A stretch of 64,000 bases of DNA from Felis catus (taxonomy: Eukaryota): assembly GCF_018350175.1 (NCBI RefSeq), contig NC_058373.1, forward strand, positions 113,276,001 through 113,340,000, given 5' to 3'. How positions within the stretch are numbered: the first letter of the stretch is position 1; the number at the start of each line of letters is the position of its first letter. Position numbers and translations under genes: made by a program. Positions 54,146-64,000 of the stretch are shown one piece after another. The notes below the pieces were generated by a model that was not told the DNA's origin, did not search any database, and saw only the letters and a program-made list of their open reading frames with translations.

Positions 54146-54554
54146 CTGAAGAGAGAGCCAGACACAGGCGATAAGATTACCAAGTGATCCTCCCGCACAG
54201 ATCTCTGCTATTTAACAGGTCCCCTCTAGGCAATGCCAAAAAAAAGTCTGTATTCTGCTGTGAGTTGAACAGATGAGAAGAACATGCATGGAGGAAGAGG
54301 AAATCACTTTTATTTCAGCTTTGTAGTGCTGTGTGCTGGGAAAGCAGATGATGAAATATATCCAGGCAGTAAATGGATAGGTCTTGGAGGAGAACCTCCA
54401 TCAAAACAGTATCTACCATCGCACCACTCTCAGAGATTTTTCTCCAAAACTGAAACTTAAGGATTCAGACCATTTTCTCTCATGCTCCATCAGCAGAATA
54501 TACAGTGTAAAACCAGACAGTTCATAGTAAGATGCTTAGCACAGGGTAGCAGAT

Positions 54555-55010
54555 AGTACTCAACAGCCCCCCTCCTCCTTCCTAATAGAACTTGGGGGTG
54601 AATCGTGATTGGTTCCTATTTGTTCTGCCAATGACTGCATTAGAAATGAGCACATGACACAACTCTGGCTAGTCTGCTGGAGAGGCTTCTGGAAAATGAA
54701 GTCCGTCTTAAAAAGAGATCTAAGGAAGAGAAGGTCCCTTCCTCTTAAAAGTTTTGATGCCTGGAACTACTATGGGGCTACTACTACTCTGCCAGACTGT
54801 AGACAAATGTAGAAAGCCAGGCTGAGGACAAGTAGAGTAGACCAAGGGTGGAAGAGCAGGAATATGAAAAGAATCAAAATCAACTAAGCCTCTTATGCCT
54901 TCTAGAGCCCTCCTACCTCCTGACTTCTTGTTTTGTTAAATAATAAAGATTGTATCATTTAGGACTCTTTTAGTTCTTTTGGGTTGTGACTGAGTAGCTG
55001 AAATGACTAA
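54555..55010 (+). mobile_element. MLT1-type solo LTR
   Basis: gagcacatgacacaactctggc...ggcttctggaaa...tgatgcctggaacta...gacttcttg...aataataaa. Confidence 0.65.
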
Positions 55011-55069
55011 CTTATGTGTTACGGGCTCAAAAATGGTATTTATTCCTTTGATTCTAAAACACATTTACA

Positions 55070-55290
55070 GGGGCACCTGGGTGGCTCAGTCGGTTAAGCG
55101 TCCGACTTCGGCTCAGGTCATGATCTCACGGTCCATGAGTTCAAGCCCCACGTCAGGCTCTGTGCTGACAGCTCAGAGCCTGGAGCCTGTTTCAGATTCT
55201 GTGTCTCCCTCTCTCTCTGATCCTCCCCGTTCATGCTCTGTCTCTCTCTGTCTCAAAAATAAACGTTAAAAAAAAATATTTAAAAAAACC
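55070..55290 (+). mobile_element. Can-SINE, TSD cacatttacag
   Basis: Head, tail and TSD visible. Confidence 0.92.
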
Positions 55291-55481
55291 CCACATTTAC
55301 AGCCTTTTGAAGTTGAATGTGTTTTTCAATTGATGTATGTTTTTTCATGTGCCATTATTTTTTTTCCCCAAAAAAGCTATTATTTAGGAGGATGGCACAG
55401 AGAAAAAAAATCACTGACTGATCTCTCAAAAGAGATTCAGTAATTTACTGTCATTCCTTGAAGGCAAAAAGTATCTTATCC

Positions 55482-55667
55482 TTTTTTTTTTTTTTTTAAG
55501 TTTATTTTGAGAGAGAAAGAAAGCATGAGCACGGGAGGAGCAGAGAAAGAGAAGAGAGCAAGAATTCCAAGCAGGCTCCCTGTTGTCAGCACAGCGCCCA
55601 ATGTGGAGCTTGAACTCACAAACCAGGAGATCATGACCTGAACCAAAGTCAGACACTTAACCGACCG
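55482..55667 (-). mobile_element. 5'-truncated Can-SINE with TSD gaaggcaaa(aa)gtatcttat
   Basis: Lacks the ggggcgcctgggtggc head; TSD on both sides. Confidence 0.85.
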
Positions 55668-55694
55668 AAGGCAAAGTATCTTATTCTTTATGAC

Positions 55695-56058
55695 TGACAT
55701 GATGCCTTCTTTGACCTAACTCTAGTCAAGCTCTTCTAAACCCTCAACCTCGGTGTCCATCCTTATTGGGCCTGCACTACCCAACAGGCTGTACCAAGAA
55801 TCTGATGACCCTCACCTGCCTTTAGCAAGAATCATGTCAATTTAGCCAGAATCTCCCTTCACCTTTGATGTTTCTCTTTAGCCATTTTTCATCCATTGAC
55901 CCCCCCACTGTGCTCCTTGGCTATAAATTCCCACTTGTCCTTGCTGTATTCAGAACTGAGCCCAATTCTACACTGAGATCTCTTTTCTCCTACTGCAATA
56001 GTGAATAAAATATGTTTTTGTTGCTTTAACTACTGGCTGCCTTTGGTTTTCTCTGAAA
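55695..56058 (+). mobile_element. ERV1-class solo LTR (MER31/MER67-like) in PIGH intron 1
   Basis: tgaca...ttgacctaactctagtcaagctc...tttagcaagaatc...ctccttggcTATAAAttcccacttgtccttg...AATAAA. Confidence 0.75.
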
Positions 56059-56094
56059 ATACTTTTCTACTTCGTTCTACCTAACACATAGTTA

Positions 56095-56505
56095 AGTGTT
56101 GGATCAAGAGTCTGTTTGGGCCCGTGATCTATTTTTGTTTGGTCCACCCTGAGCTAAGCATGATCTTTACACTTTTAAAAGAACTGTTAAAGAAACAGAT
56201 GACTATGAGACAGAGACCTGTAAAGTCTAAAATATTTTCTATTTGGCCTTTTTTTTTTAAAATATTTACTTATTATTTTGAGAGAGAGAGTGTGAGCAGG
56301 GGAGAGGCAGAGAGAGAGGGAGACACAGAATCTGAAGCAGGCTCCAGGCTCCAAGCCATGAGCGCAGAGCTTGATGCAGGGCTTGAACCCATGGACAGTG
56401 GACCGTGAGATCATGACCTGAGCCGAAGTTGGACACTTAACTGACTGAGCCACCCAGGAGCCCCTCTATTTGGCCTTTTAAAGATAAAGTTTGCCGACCT
56501 CTGTA
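56095..56505. mobile_element. MER58B-like hAT fossil interrupted by an antisense Can-SINE (~56253-56464; TSD tctatttggccttt)
   Basis: gagctaagcatg...aagtctaaaatatttt...aaagtttgccgacctctg. Confidence 0.75.
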
Positions 56506-58225
56506 CTAATAATTATTTGTTGACTAATGAATGGAGGGTAGAAAAATCTATGTGCAGGGTCTCTGGTGATCCAGAAATATCTATTTTGAGTTAATTAAAT
56601 GTCTAGTATCTAGTACAATGTCTGGTTCACAGTCTTAACTGAATAAGCATTATGGATGAATACAGAGAAATAAAATTCAGTCCTGGCCCTTACAGATGTA
56701 TTAGAGGCAAAATTAATACATATAAAATATTTTTGGAGAATACTATGAAAACTGTGCCTAAGAAAGGATTAAAAGAGAGTGAGAGAGAGACATCAAAGCA
56801 CACAAGGATATCCCATGAAGATCTCCAAGGAAGGATTTCATTGGTGCAGAGAGGTGATGGTTACTGACAGATATATTTGGTTGAGGAAAGGAAGGGGGAA
56901 AAGTATTCCCGGTTGGAATAAGGTAATAACCTACAATTTTAATAGAATTGTGAATTCAAAAACAAGAAGGAAAGAAGGGATGAAGAACAATAAATGTTAG
57001 AGGATTTAATCCGTATCAGTTTTTTAATAAGGTAATCCCTGCTCAAAACTTCATTACTACCTGCATTCTTTATACTTCATTTTTCTGTCTGAAATTCTAA
57101 CAATTCAGTATTTATTTGGGCTGAAATTAAGCCTCATGTTTTTATGAATTCTTTCATCAGACTTCTTCTCACCCCTGAGATTCATTACTCTGACAAACAG
57201 TTTTGAACACAAGGAAAGGTAAGAAACTTTGGTACACAGAGCCCTTAAGAAGTGTTGCAGTAGAGTTTAAAGGAAGATAAGGTTACTGAGCCCCGGGCAC
57301 GTGATGGAGGTAAGTGGGACACACCAGGATGAGAGTACAAAAAGGAGTTGGCATAAAAAAGACTTCTATTTAAAAATTTTGCTTAAGCAAGCCCTCTCCA
57401 CGGAGGAGACAGTATAGTGAAAAAGAAACGGTTTCAGAGTCAGCCCTGGGTTTGAACCCCAGGTGTGCTGTTTGCTAGCTCTGTGACTTTGGGTAAGTTA
57501 TTATTCTTTCTGAGCCTTGGATTTCTTCTAAGGTTAAAACTAGGCATTCAGGAAAGCAGCTGGCAATCAGTGGGCGTTTAATAAATATCTGTTCCCTTCA
57601 CCTCACATGGGCACATGGCCAGAATTCAGGCTAGTATTAAAATTCAACTACATTATAAATTAAATCTTTTTAGGGGGAGGGAGGACTGTCCTCGCAACTT
57701 AACCAATTCAACTGACTTAAGAACCAGCTTTTAGATACAGTTTGGTACAAATTACAGCAAACGTACTTTTGCATATACCTGTACCAAATTACCACACTCT
57801 GGTGGCAAAAAAGCCAATGAATGCAGTAATGAAAATATCCAAATTACAGAAATAAATAGTCCTAGCTCTGGTCAATCACTCCTAGAATAAAATATTCAAT
57901 TCAGGGCACTACATATGAAATTAAAACTAAACTCATCCTGAAAAGGGCAATTAAGGTGAGTCCTTTTATTTGAGGGCTGTCACAAAGCTACTGCATGTGA
58001 CCCTCACAATACGGTGAAGCTAGAATGGCAGACAGCAATTCCATGTTAGACATGTGAAAACTGAGGCTCAGAAAGTAGGAATGAGTCTGGAAAGTGAGCA
58101 CAGAAACAACTCCTCTCTGAAACTTCGTAATTCTTTAGAAAATACTCGAAGTTGGGGGAAGGGACTGGGGGGGAGGTGTTAGATTGCCTTAAAAAACAGA
58201 AATCAGGAAGAATTATCAGGCTCTC

Positions 58226-58228
<3 letters not shown>

Positions 58229-58272
<44 letters not shown>
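58229..58272 (+). repeat. (GT)22 microsatellite in PIGH intron 1
   Basis: Seen directly. Confidence 0.97.
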
Positions 58273-58273
<1 letters not shown>

Positions 58274-58479
58274 CACACATACATATTGTGGAGGCAAAGA
58301 CAAGTTTCCCTAAGACCTCAGGTATTATTAACAGTGATTCCTCTAGGAGTGGAAATGATGGATGAGGACGATCCACTTAATAGTTCTCTCAACTCTTGGA
58401 ACTGAATTACTGCGAGCATGTACTACGTACAGCACATGAAAGTTAAACTTTTAGACTGTCGTGCAAGGACTACTCGTAT

Positions 58480-59170
58480 GCTAGGTGGAACCGCAGAGCG
58501 GAGCACGACCCGTGAGAGGGATAAAGTACAGGAGTACAAACCACTAAACGTAAAGAAAATAGCTGTGCAGCAGCGGAACCAGTGAGTTCCCGCCCTCCGA
58601 CCCTACAACAGCAGGAGGGTCTGGCGGGAGGGCCAGGCTCGACCCTAAGACCCCAAAGACCCTTCCAAACCCGAGCCCCCGACTCCGACCTCGGGAAGGG
58701 GCCGACAGGCCATTACCTCGCAGAGGGTGAAGAGTCCGTAGGCCGCTAGCCACACCGTGCAGGTGACAGCGGTGAGCGAGCGCAACGAGAGCCGAGGGCA
58801 GCTGATGCAGAACTCTCGGCAGGACGGGGAGTAGTAGCGGCGCTGCAGGGCCAGGCGGCCGCCACAGATATCCGAGAAGCTCTGCTCATCTTCCATGTCT
58901 CGCTCGCTCCCTCCCGGCCGGGACGCGCCGCTCTAGACCGCCCGCCAGCGTAACTCTCGCCGGCTCTGGACCCACTTCCGGAGAGCGGCTTTCGGCCCCG
59001 CCCCGTTCGGCCCCGTCTCACGCTCGGCGCAGCCGCGGTTCCGGGACGAGCGGTGTGGCGCGGATCCAGAGCTTGTAATTCGCCTGTAGGTTGGGCCGGG
59101 GGTTTGTGATTGTCTACTGCAGAGACTGCATTGGGCCAACTCAGCCTGCCGATTAAAGCCGCTGTTAATG
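58480..59170 (-). promoter_or_regulatory. PIGH CpG island / TATA-less housekeeping promoter
   Basis: Dense CpGs over exon 1; ETS/GABPA site CACTTCCGG 58973-58981; GC box ccccgcccc 58996-59004; attgg (CCAAT on -) near 59130. Confidence 0.88.
58717..58896 (-). CDS. PIGH: PIGH coding exon 1/4 (MEDEQSFSDICGGRLALQRRYYSPSCREFC...LFTLCE), GPI-GlcNAc transferase subunit H
   Basis: Kozak gacATGG; donor GAG|gtaatg; 180 nt; recognisable PIGH N-terminus. Confidence 0.96.
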
Positions 59171-59243
59171 CGCTTTCTCTCGGCAAACTGATTTCTATTT
59201 CTAAGCCAGAGTACGATCTAAGGAATCGATCCACAGGTATACG

Positions 59244-59705
59244 CTCATTCATTCATTCCTGAGCCAGGTAGTTTTAGGCGCCAAGGGTACAGCGGTGAAT
59301 ATTGAAAGTCTCTGCCTTCAAGTACCTTCCTTCCTAGTAAGAGAAACAATACGTAAATAATTTCAAAGAGTGCTGCTAAAGTAATATGACCGGCAGAGGT
59401 GGCTTGGGGACGTGCAATAGGACAGTCAGGAAAATCTCTCAGAGGAAAGACCCTGGAGCTGCCAAGATGAGGATCCGGACTGGTCTGGGAGAACTCTGGA
59501 GGAGGAATTTGCCAGGTTGGAGGACCAGGAAAGGCAAAATCCCTGAGGCTGGAACAAAGTTGACTTATTGGAAGAATCAAGAGGCTGCCACATGGAGAAT
59601 GCATTTAGAAGTTGGGGAGGTAGAGGCAGGGCTCAGGTCCAAGAGGGTCTTGTAGGACCTGGGAGTTTCTCTCTTCCGAACCACTGAGTGGGGAGCATTG
59701 AGTAG
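59244..59705 (-). mobile_element. L2 fragment directly upstream of the PIGH promoter
   Basis: cattcattcattc...tacagcggtgaa...tctctgccttca...aaaatccctgaggctggaacaaagttg. Confidence 0.7.
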
Positions 59706-59813
59706 ACAAATGAGGCTTGGCTGGGACTCCGTAGCAAGAAAGAAAGATGTAGAAGGTATGGATAATAAAATTACTAAACTCATGAGTAACAGCGGCCTGT
59801 GGGTTCTTTCTTT

Positions 59814-59867
59814 TTCTTCTTCTTCTTCTTCTTCTTCTTCTTCTTCTTCTTCTTCTTCTTCTTCTTC
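59814..59867 (+). repeat. (TTC)18 trinucleotide repeat
   Basis: Seen directly. Confidence 0.97.
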
Positions 59868-60325
59868 TTTTTTAACTTCGGATGTGGCTCAAGAGTGGCT
59901 TGTGGCCTGTTAAAACAATTATGGTGCTTCAGCCCTGAGGCTGCATCATGTATTAAAGAATTGATGATCCCTTTGTCTGTAAAGATAAATGCCATAACAG
60001 TCTCACCAGGTTTAAGTCTCTCTTACAAAAGTCAGGTTCCGTTTTTCTGTCTTCATCCAGGATTTTGTTTATATTTTTTCCTCTAAAGGATATTCTTCAA
60101 GTATTGCTTTGTTTTTCCAATTTTATTTCTATACTCTAAATCTTACCAAGCAATACACGCCTCTCATTTTTGTAAATAACACGTGCATGTCTTTTATAAT
60201 TATAAAAGTGAACTTTGCGTATTGTGGAAATTTGGAAAAATACAGAAAAGAAGAAAAACTTAAGCCACCCATTATTTACACCACTGAGAGAAACACTGTC
60301 GATGTTTTGGGGAAACCTTCAGTCC

Positions 60326-60787
60326 TAGAGTTCTTAACCTGAACTCCATGGATACAATCAGAGGTTTATCGTTGGTTTCATTAACTTCTGATTGAAATTT
60401 AACTTTTTTTTCTTTTGGTTATGAATGCAATTAGTATTAACAATACTTGTGATTTTTGTCACTCTCATAGAAACCACAAATACTTTTATTTCACAATAAT
60501 TATCTCAAAATGTCATTTCCACTCCTCAATTACTCAAATACTCCAATATTACTTCAAAATTGCAGTAATTATGGGATCCACTTCTAGATCTTATTATTTG
60601 ATCTGTCAGTAGAGACACATACAACTATTTACACATTTTAAAAATATTTTGAGGTGGCTGGGCGGCTCAGTGGGTTAAGCGTCCAACTCTTGATTTCGGC
60701 TCAGGTCATGATCTCTCACTGATAGTGTAGAGCCTGCTTGCGATTCTCTCTTTCTCTTTCCCTCTCTCTCTGCCCCTCCCCTGCTTG

Positions 60788-60820
<33 letters not shown>

Positions 60821-60945
60821 AAAATAAATAAAATTTTTGATGACTGTATTTTAATTCAGTTTGTTTGTTTTTTAAAAAAATCCTATATATTGTATTCATT
60901 TTAAAACATTGTGATGTGGCACAAAAAAGGTTAAAAGAAACTTTG
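60326..60945. mobile_element. Charlie4-like hAT fossil interrupted by an internally deleted Can-SINE (~60652-60835)
   Basis: Ends gagttcttaacctg...ccatgga and tggcacaaaaaaggttaa. Confidence 0.6.
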
Positions 60946-60953
60946 TAGGTTCA

Positions 60954-61225
60954 GGGGCGCCTGGGTGGCTCAGCTGGTTAAGCGGCTGACTTCAGCTCAG
61001 GTCATGATCTCAAGGCTCCTGCATTTGAGCCCTGCGTGGGGCTCTGTGCTGACAGCTCAGAGCCTGGAGCCTGCTTTGGATTCTGTGTCTCCCTCTCTCT
61101 CTGCCCCTGCCCCACTCACACTCTGTCTCTCTCCCTCAAGAATAAATAAACATTAAAAAATAATAATAATAATAATAAAAATTTTTAAAAAAGAATAAAT
61201 AAACATTAAAAAAAAACATTTAAAA
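60954..61225 (+). mobile_element. Can-SINE with a duplicated tail segment
   Basis: aagaataaataaacattaaaaaa occurs twice. Confidence 0.9.
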
Positions 61226-61349
61226 AGAACCTGTGCAGGTTCAGAATGTTCACAACTGTAGAGTCATAGAAAAAAAGGTACCTAGTGTACTTTTTTGAAT
61301 ATTAAATTAATTAGGGATAAATATTGTGATAATATAATTCCAAAATCTT

Positions 61350-61572
61350 AAAAAAATTTTTTTTAACATTTTAAATTTATTTTTGAGAGGCAGAGACAGA
61401 GCGTGAGTGGGGGAGGGGCAGAGAGCAAGGGAGACACAGAATCCCAAGCAGGCTCCAGGCTCTGAGCTGTCACCACGGAGCCCGACGCAGGGCAGCCCAA
61501 ACTCACAAACCGTGAAATCATAACCTGAGCTGAAGTTGGACAGTTAACCAAATGAGCCACCCAGGTGCCCCC
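61350..61572 (-). mobile_element. Can-SINE, TSD ccaaaatctt
   Basis: Head, tail and TSD visible. Confidence 0.9.
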
Positions 61573-61692
61573 CAAAATCTTTATAACTCCTTGCTCTGTC
61601 AGATCAGTGTCATCTTAACTGTTATGCAATTTGACACTGCAGTAGAAATTGAAACCTCTGTATAGTATTTGCCATTTGGTTAGATGCCACCT

Positions 61693-61853
61693 GGGAAAGA
61701 AGGAAGGAAGGAAGGAAGGAAGGAAGGAAGGAAGGAAGGAAGGAAGGAAGGAAGGAAGAAGGAAGGAAGGAAGGAAGGAAGGAAGGAAGGAAGAAGGAAG
61801 GAAGGAAGGAAGGAAGGAAGGAAGGAAGAAAGAAGAAAGGAAGGAAGGAAGGA

Positions 61854-61893
<40 letters not shown>

Positions 61894-61915
61894 AAAGGAA
61901 GGAAAGAAAGAAAAG
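61693..61915 (+). repeat. ~220-bp pure purine (GGAA)n/(GAAA)n compound repeat
   Basis: Seen directly. Confidence 0.96.
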
Positions 61916-62161
61916 CTTTAAAAAGAAAAACAGCAAGAAGTGATAGTTTTAGCTCTAAATGTTGGACTTCACAATATTCATTAGCCTCATCAGCAAGGAA
62001 GGACAGCTGACAAAAAGAACTTCGACTTAGCAATTGGCAAGTTCCTCTGAGAAAGTTTAACATCTTTTTGCAGGACCACAACTAATACCCTAATGAATTG
62101 CGAAAGCAGAGAAAGGAAGCTTGAGAAATCTGGACTCTGTATTTGTCAAGATAGGCTGCTC

Positions 62162-62331
62162 TTTTTTTTTTTTTTTAATTTTTTAATGTTTTATTTATTT
62201 TTGAGAGAGAGAGAGAACACAAGCGGAGGAGGGGCAGCCCCATGCAGGGCTCAAACCCACAAACCGCAACCTGAGCCGAAATCAAGAGTCAGCCTCAGAC
62301 ACTTAACTGACTGAGCCACCCAGACGCCCCC
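62162..62331 (-). mobile_element. Internally deleted Can-SINE
   Basis: T-tail and gagccacccagacgcccc. Confidence 0.85.
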
Positions 62332-62708
62332 AACCTGTCCATTTTTAATAAGATATGTTTATTATTTTCCCAACATCAAATTAAAATTATATAAAAGAAA
62401 ATACATCCATAATCCTGCCACCTAAACAAGTAAATCTTCATTTTCCCAACCATTTAGATCCTCTTATTTTAATGTTTATATTGTTGAAAAGATGATATAA
62501 TACAAAACATTTTTGAATGAAATAAAAATATTACACACAATCCTAATAGCCTTTCAGTGTTACATGTTGCTCTCTCATTGCATCTCTTAGTTATTACACT
62601 TTTAAAAATTATTGTAGTCCTAGTGTGAACATACGTGTGTACTGGTAAAATATAAACCGACATATTTAAGATTTTAAGTTTGAGCAAAAATCCACTTGAA
62701 TAAGGCAA

Positions 62709-62966
62709 TGTCAAAAGGGAAGTAGTTAGGAGCTCTCCACTTGGTGGGAGGTAGGGGCAAGACTTTTATAGAGAAGAGGTGGAAGGAAAGCAGGGAATTA
62801 TGTGATTGGCTATAGCTTAAGGTGACCTTGTTGTCTGTGATTAGTTGTGCCTAGGTTTGGATTTCTTAACCTTGAGGCATTGACAGGTTTAGGCTTTGGT
62901 TTGCTTAGGGAGGCAGCTAACCTATTAGAAACACCCTGATGGCTCCTTTGTTTAATTAATTTAACA
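62709..62966 (-). mobile_element. Short ERV1-class solo-LTR-like element (family unassigned)
   Basis: TG...CA termini, 4-bp flanks gcaa/gtaa, CCAAT and TATAAAA on the minus strand. Confidence 0.55.
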
Positions 62967-63017
62967 GTAATTAAAAATTAATGTTTGGCAAACATTTTCC
63001 ATATTTCTACAGATTTT

Positions 63018-63185
63018 GAAGTTTTTTAAATTTATTTTTGAGAGAAAGAGAGAGGGGGGAGGGGCTGAGAGAGAGAGGGACAGAGGATCCAAAGTGGGCT
63101 CTGTGCTGACAGCAGAGCCCAATGTGGGGCCCGAACTCACAAACCACGATACCATGACCTGAGTCAAAGCCACACAAAGTGCCCC
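63018..63185 (-). mobile_element. Can-SINE with deleted head region, TSD tttctacagatttt
   Basis: TSD 63004-63017 / 63186-63199. Confidence 0.88.
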
Positions 63186-63604
63186 TTTCTACAGATTTTT
63201 TAAAATAAATACCATTTAAAATAGTTACATAGCATTCCATCATGTTATTCTATAATTTATTTATTATCACACTGTTGTTTTCCTATCCGCTGAAAATGGC
63301 GAGTAATTATTTCAAGTAAGGCAGAACAACAGTAGAAAAAATAGGCATATAAAAAGAAGCCTATTGAAACAGATAAAGCAGAAAGTAGAATTTTTGTTTT
63401 GCTTTTCATAGAGTCATATCCCCATCTTGTGACATTCTAAGATAGTAGCGCTTAATATTTTCAAGTCGAGGAACACCTGGCTTTTATGTGGAAGGTTTCT
63501 CTCCCCTTTTAACATCAAGACACCTTGTGTCATTGTACACTAAAGGTTTTTTAAGTGGAATAAAACAAGCTTGTGGGAAAGCTTAGTTAAAACAGTGATC
63601 TAGT

Positions 63605-63840
63605 GGGGTGCCTGGGTGGATCAGTCGGTTAAGCGTCCGACTTCAGCTCAGGTCATGATCTCACGGTTCGTGGGTTCGAGCCCCGTGTCAGGCTCTGTGC
63701 TGACAGCTCGGAGCCTGGAGCCTGCTTCGGATTCTGTGTCTCCCTCTCTCTCTGCTCCTCCCCCACTCACACTCTGTGTCTCTCTCTCAAGAATAAATAA
63801 ACACTAAAAAACAAAAATTAAAAATAAAATACAATAAAAT
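63605..63840 (+). mobile_element. Can-SINE, perfect 16-bp TSD aaaacagtgatctagt
   Basis: TSD 63589-63604 / 63841-63856. Confidence 0.94.
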
Positions 63841-64000
63841 AAAACAGTGATCTAGTTTGATGGGTGTAGGTTTGACAAACAGGTTTGATCAGACCACTAC
63901 AGTCTCAATTTCATGTGGTCAATAGCAACAACTTCTTTAAGTGGTTTCGATCAAGCCACAACTGTGTAGCCTAGGTAATAAGTTACCCTCAGGCGAAATG

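Noticed and set aside
58746..59252. 168-aa ORF over the PIGH promoter starting at ATG 59252
   Set aside because: Out of frame with PIGH, starts in an L2 fragment probably upstream of the TSS; typical stop-poor CpG-island ORF

Overview
Mammalian genomic DNA, almost certainly from a felid: it carries about 35 tRNA-derived Can-SINEs, several of a young cat-type subfamily. Two intact protein-coding genes lie tail-to-tail. PLEKHH1 (+) has 28 coding exons from 5176 to 49102. Hand-splicing at GT-AG junctions gives a frame-consistent 4098-nt CDS (1365 aa): coiled coil, Pro/Ser linker, two PH domains, MyTH4 and FERM. Its non-coding first exon lies upstream of the window. PIGH (-) has 4 coding exons from 58896 to 51699 (188 aa) and a CpG-island promoter at about 58.5-59.2 kb. 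The rest is intronic or intergenic: SINEs, MIR, L1, L2, MLT1 and ERV1 LTRs, hAT fossils and microsatellites. I found no convincing wholly new biological system. The best leads are a compact bidirectional poly(A) cassette shared by the two genes, a candidate unannotated exon in the long PLEKHH1 intron, LTR-derived promoters around PIGH, inverted SINE pairs around frame-preserving exons, and small template-switch scars. Repeat family names are from recognition, not database searches, and repeat boundaries are approximate.
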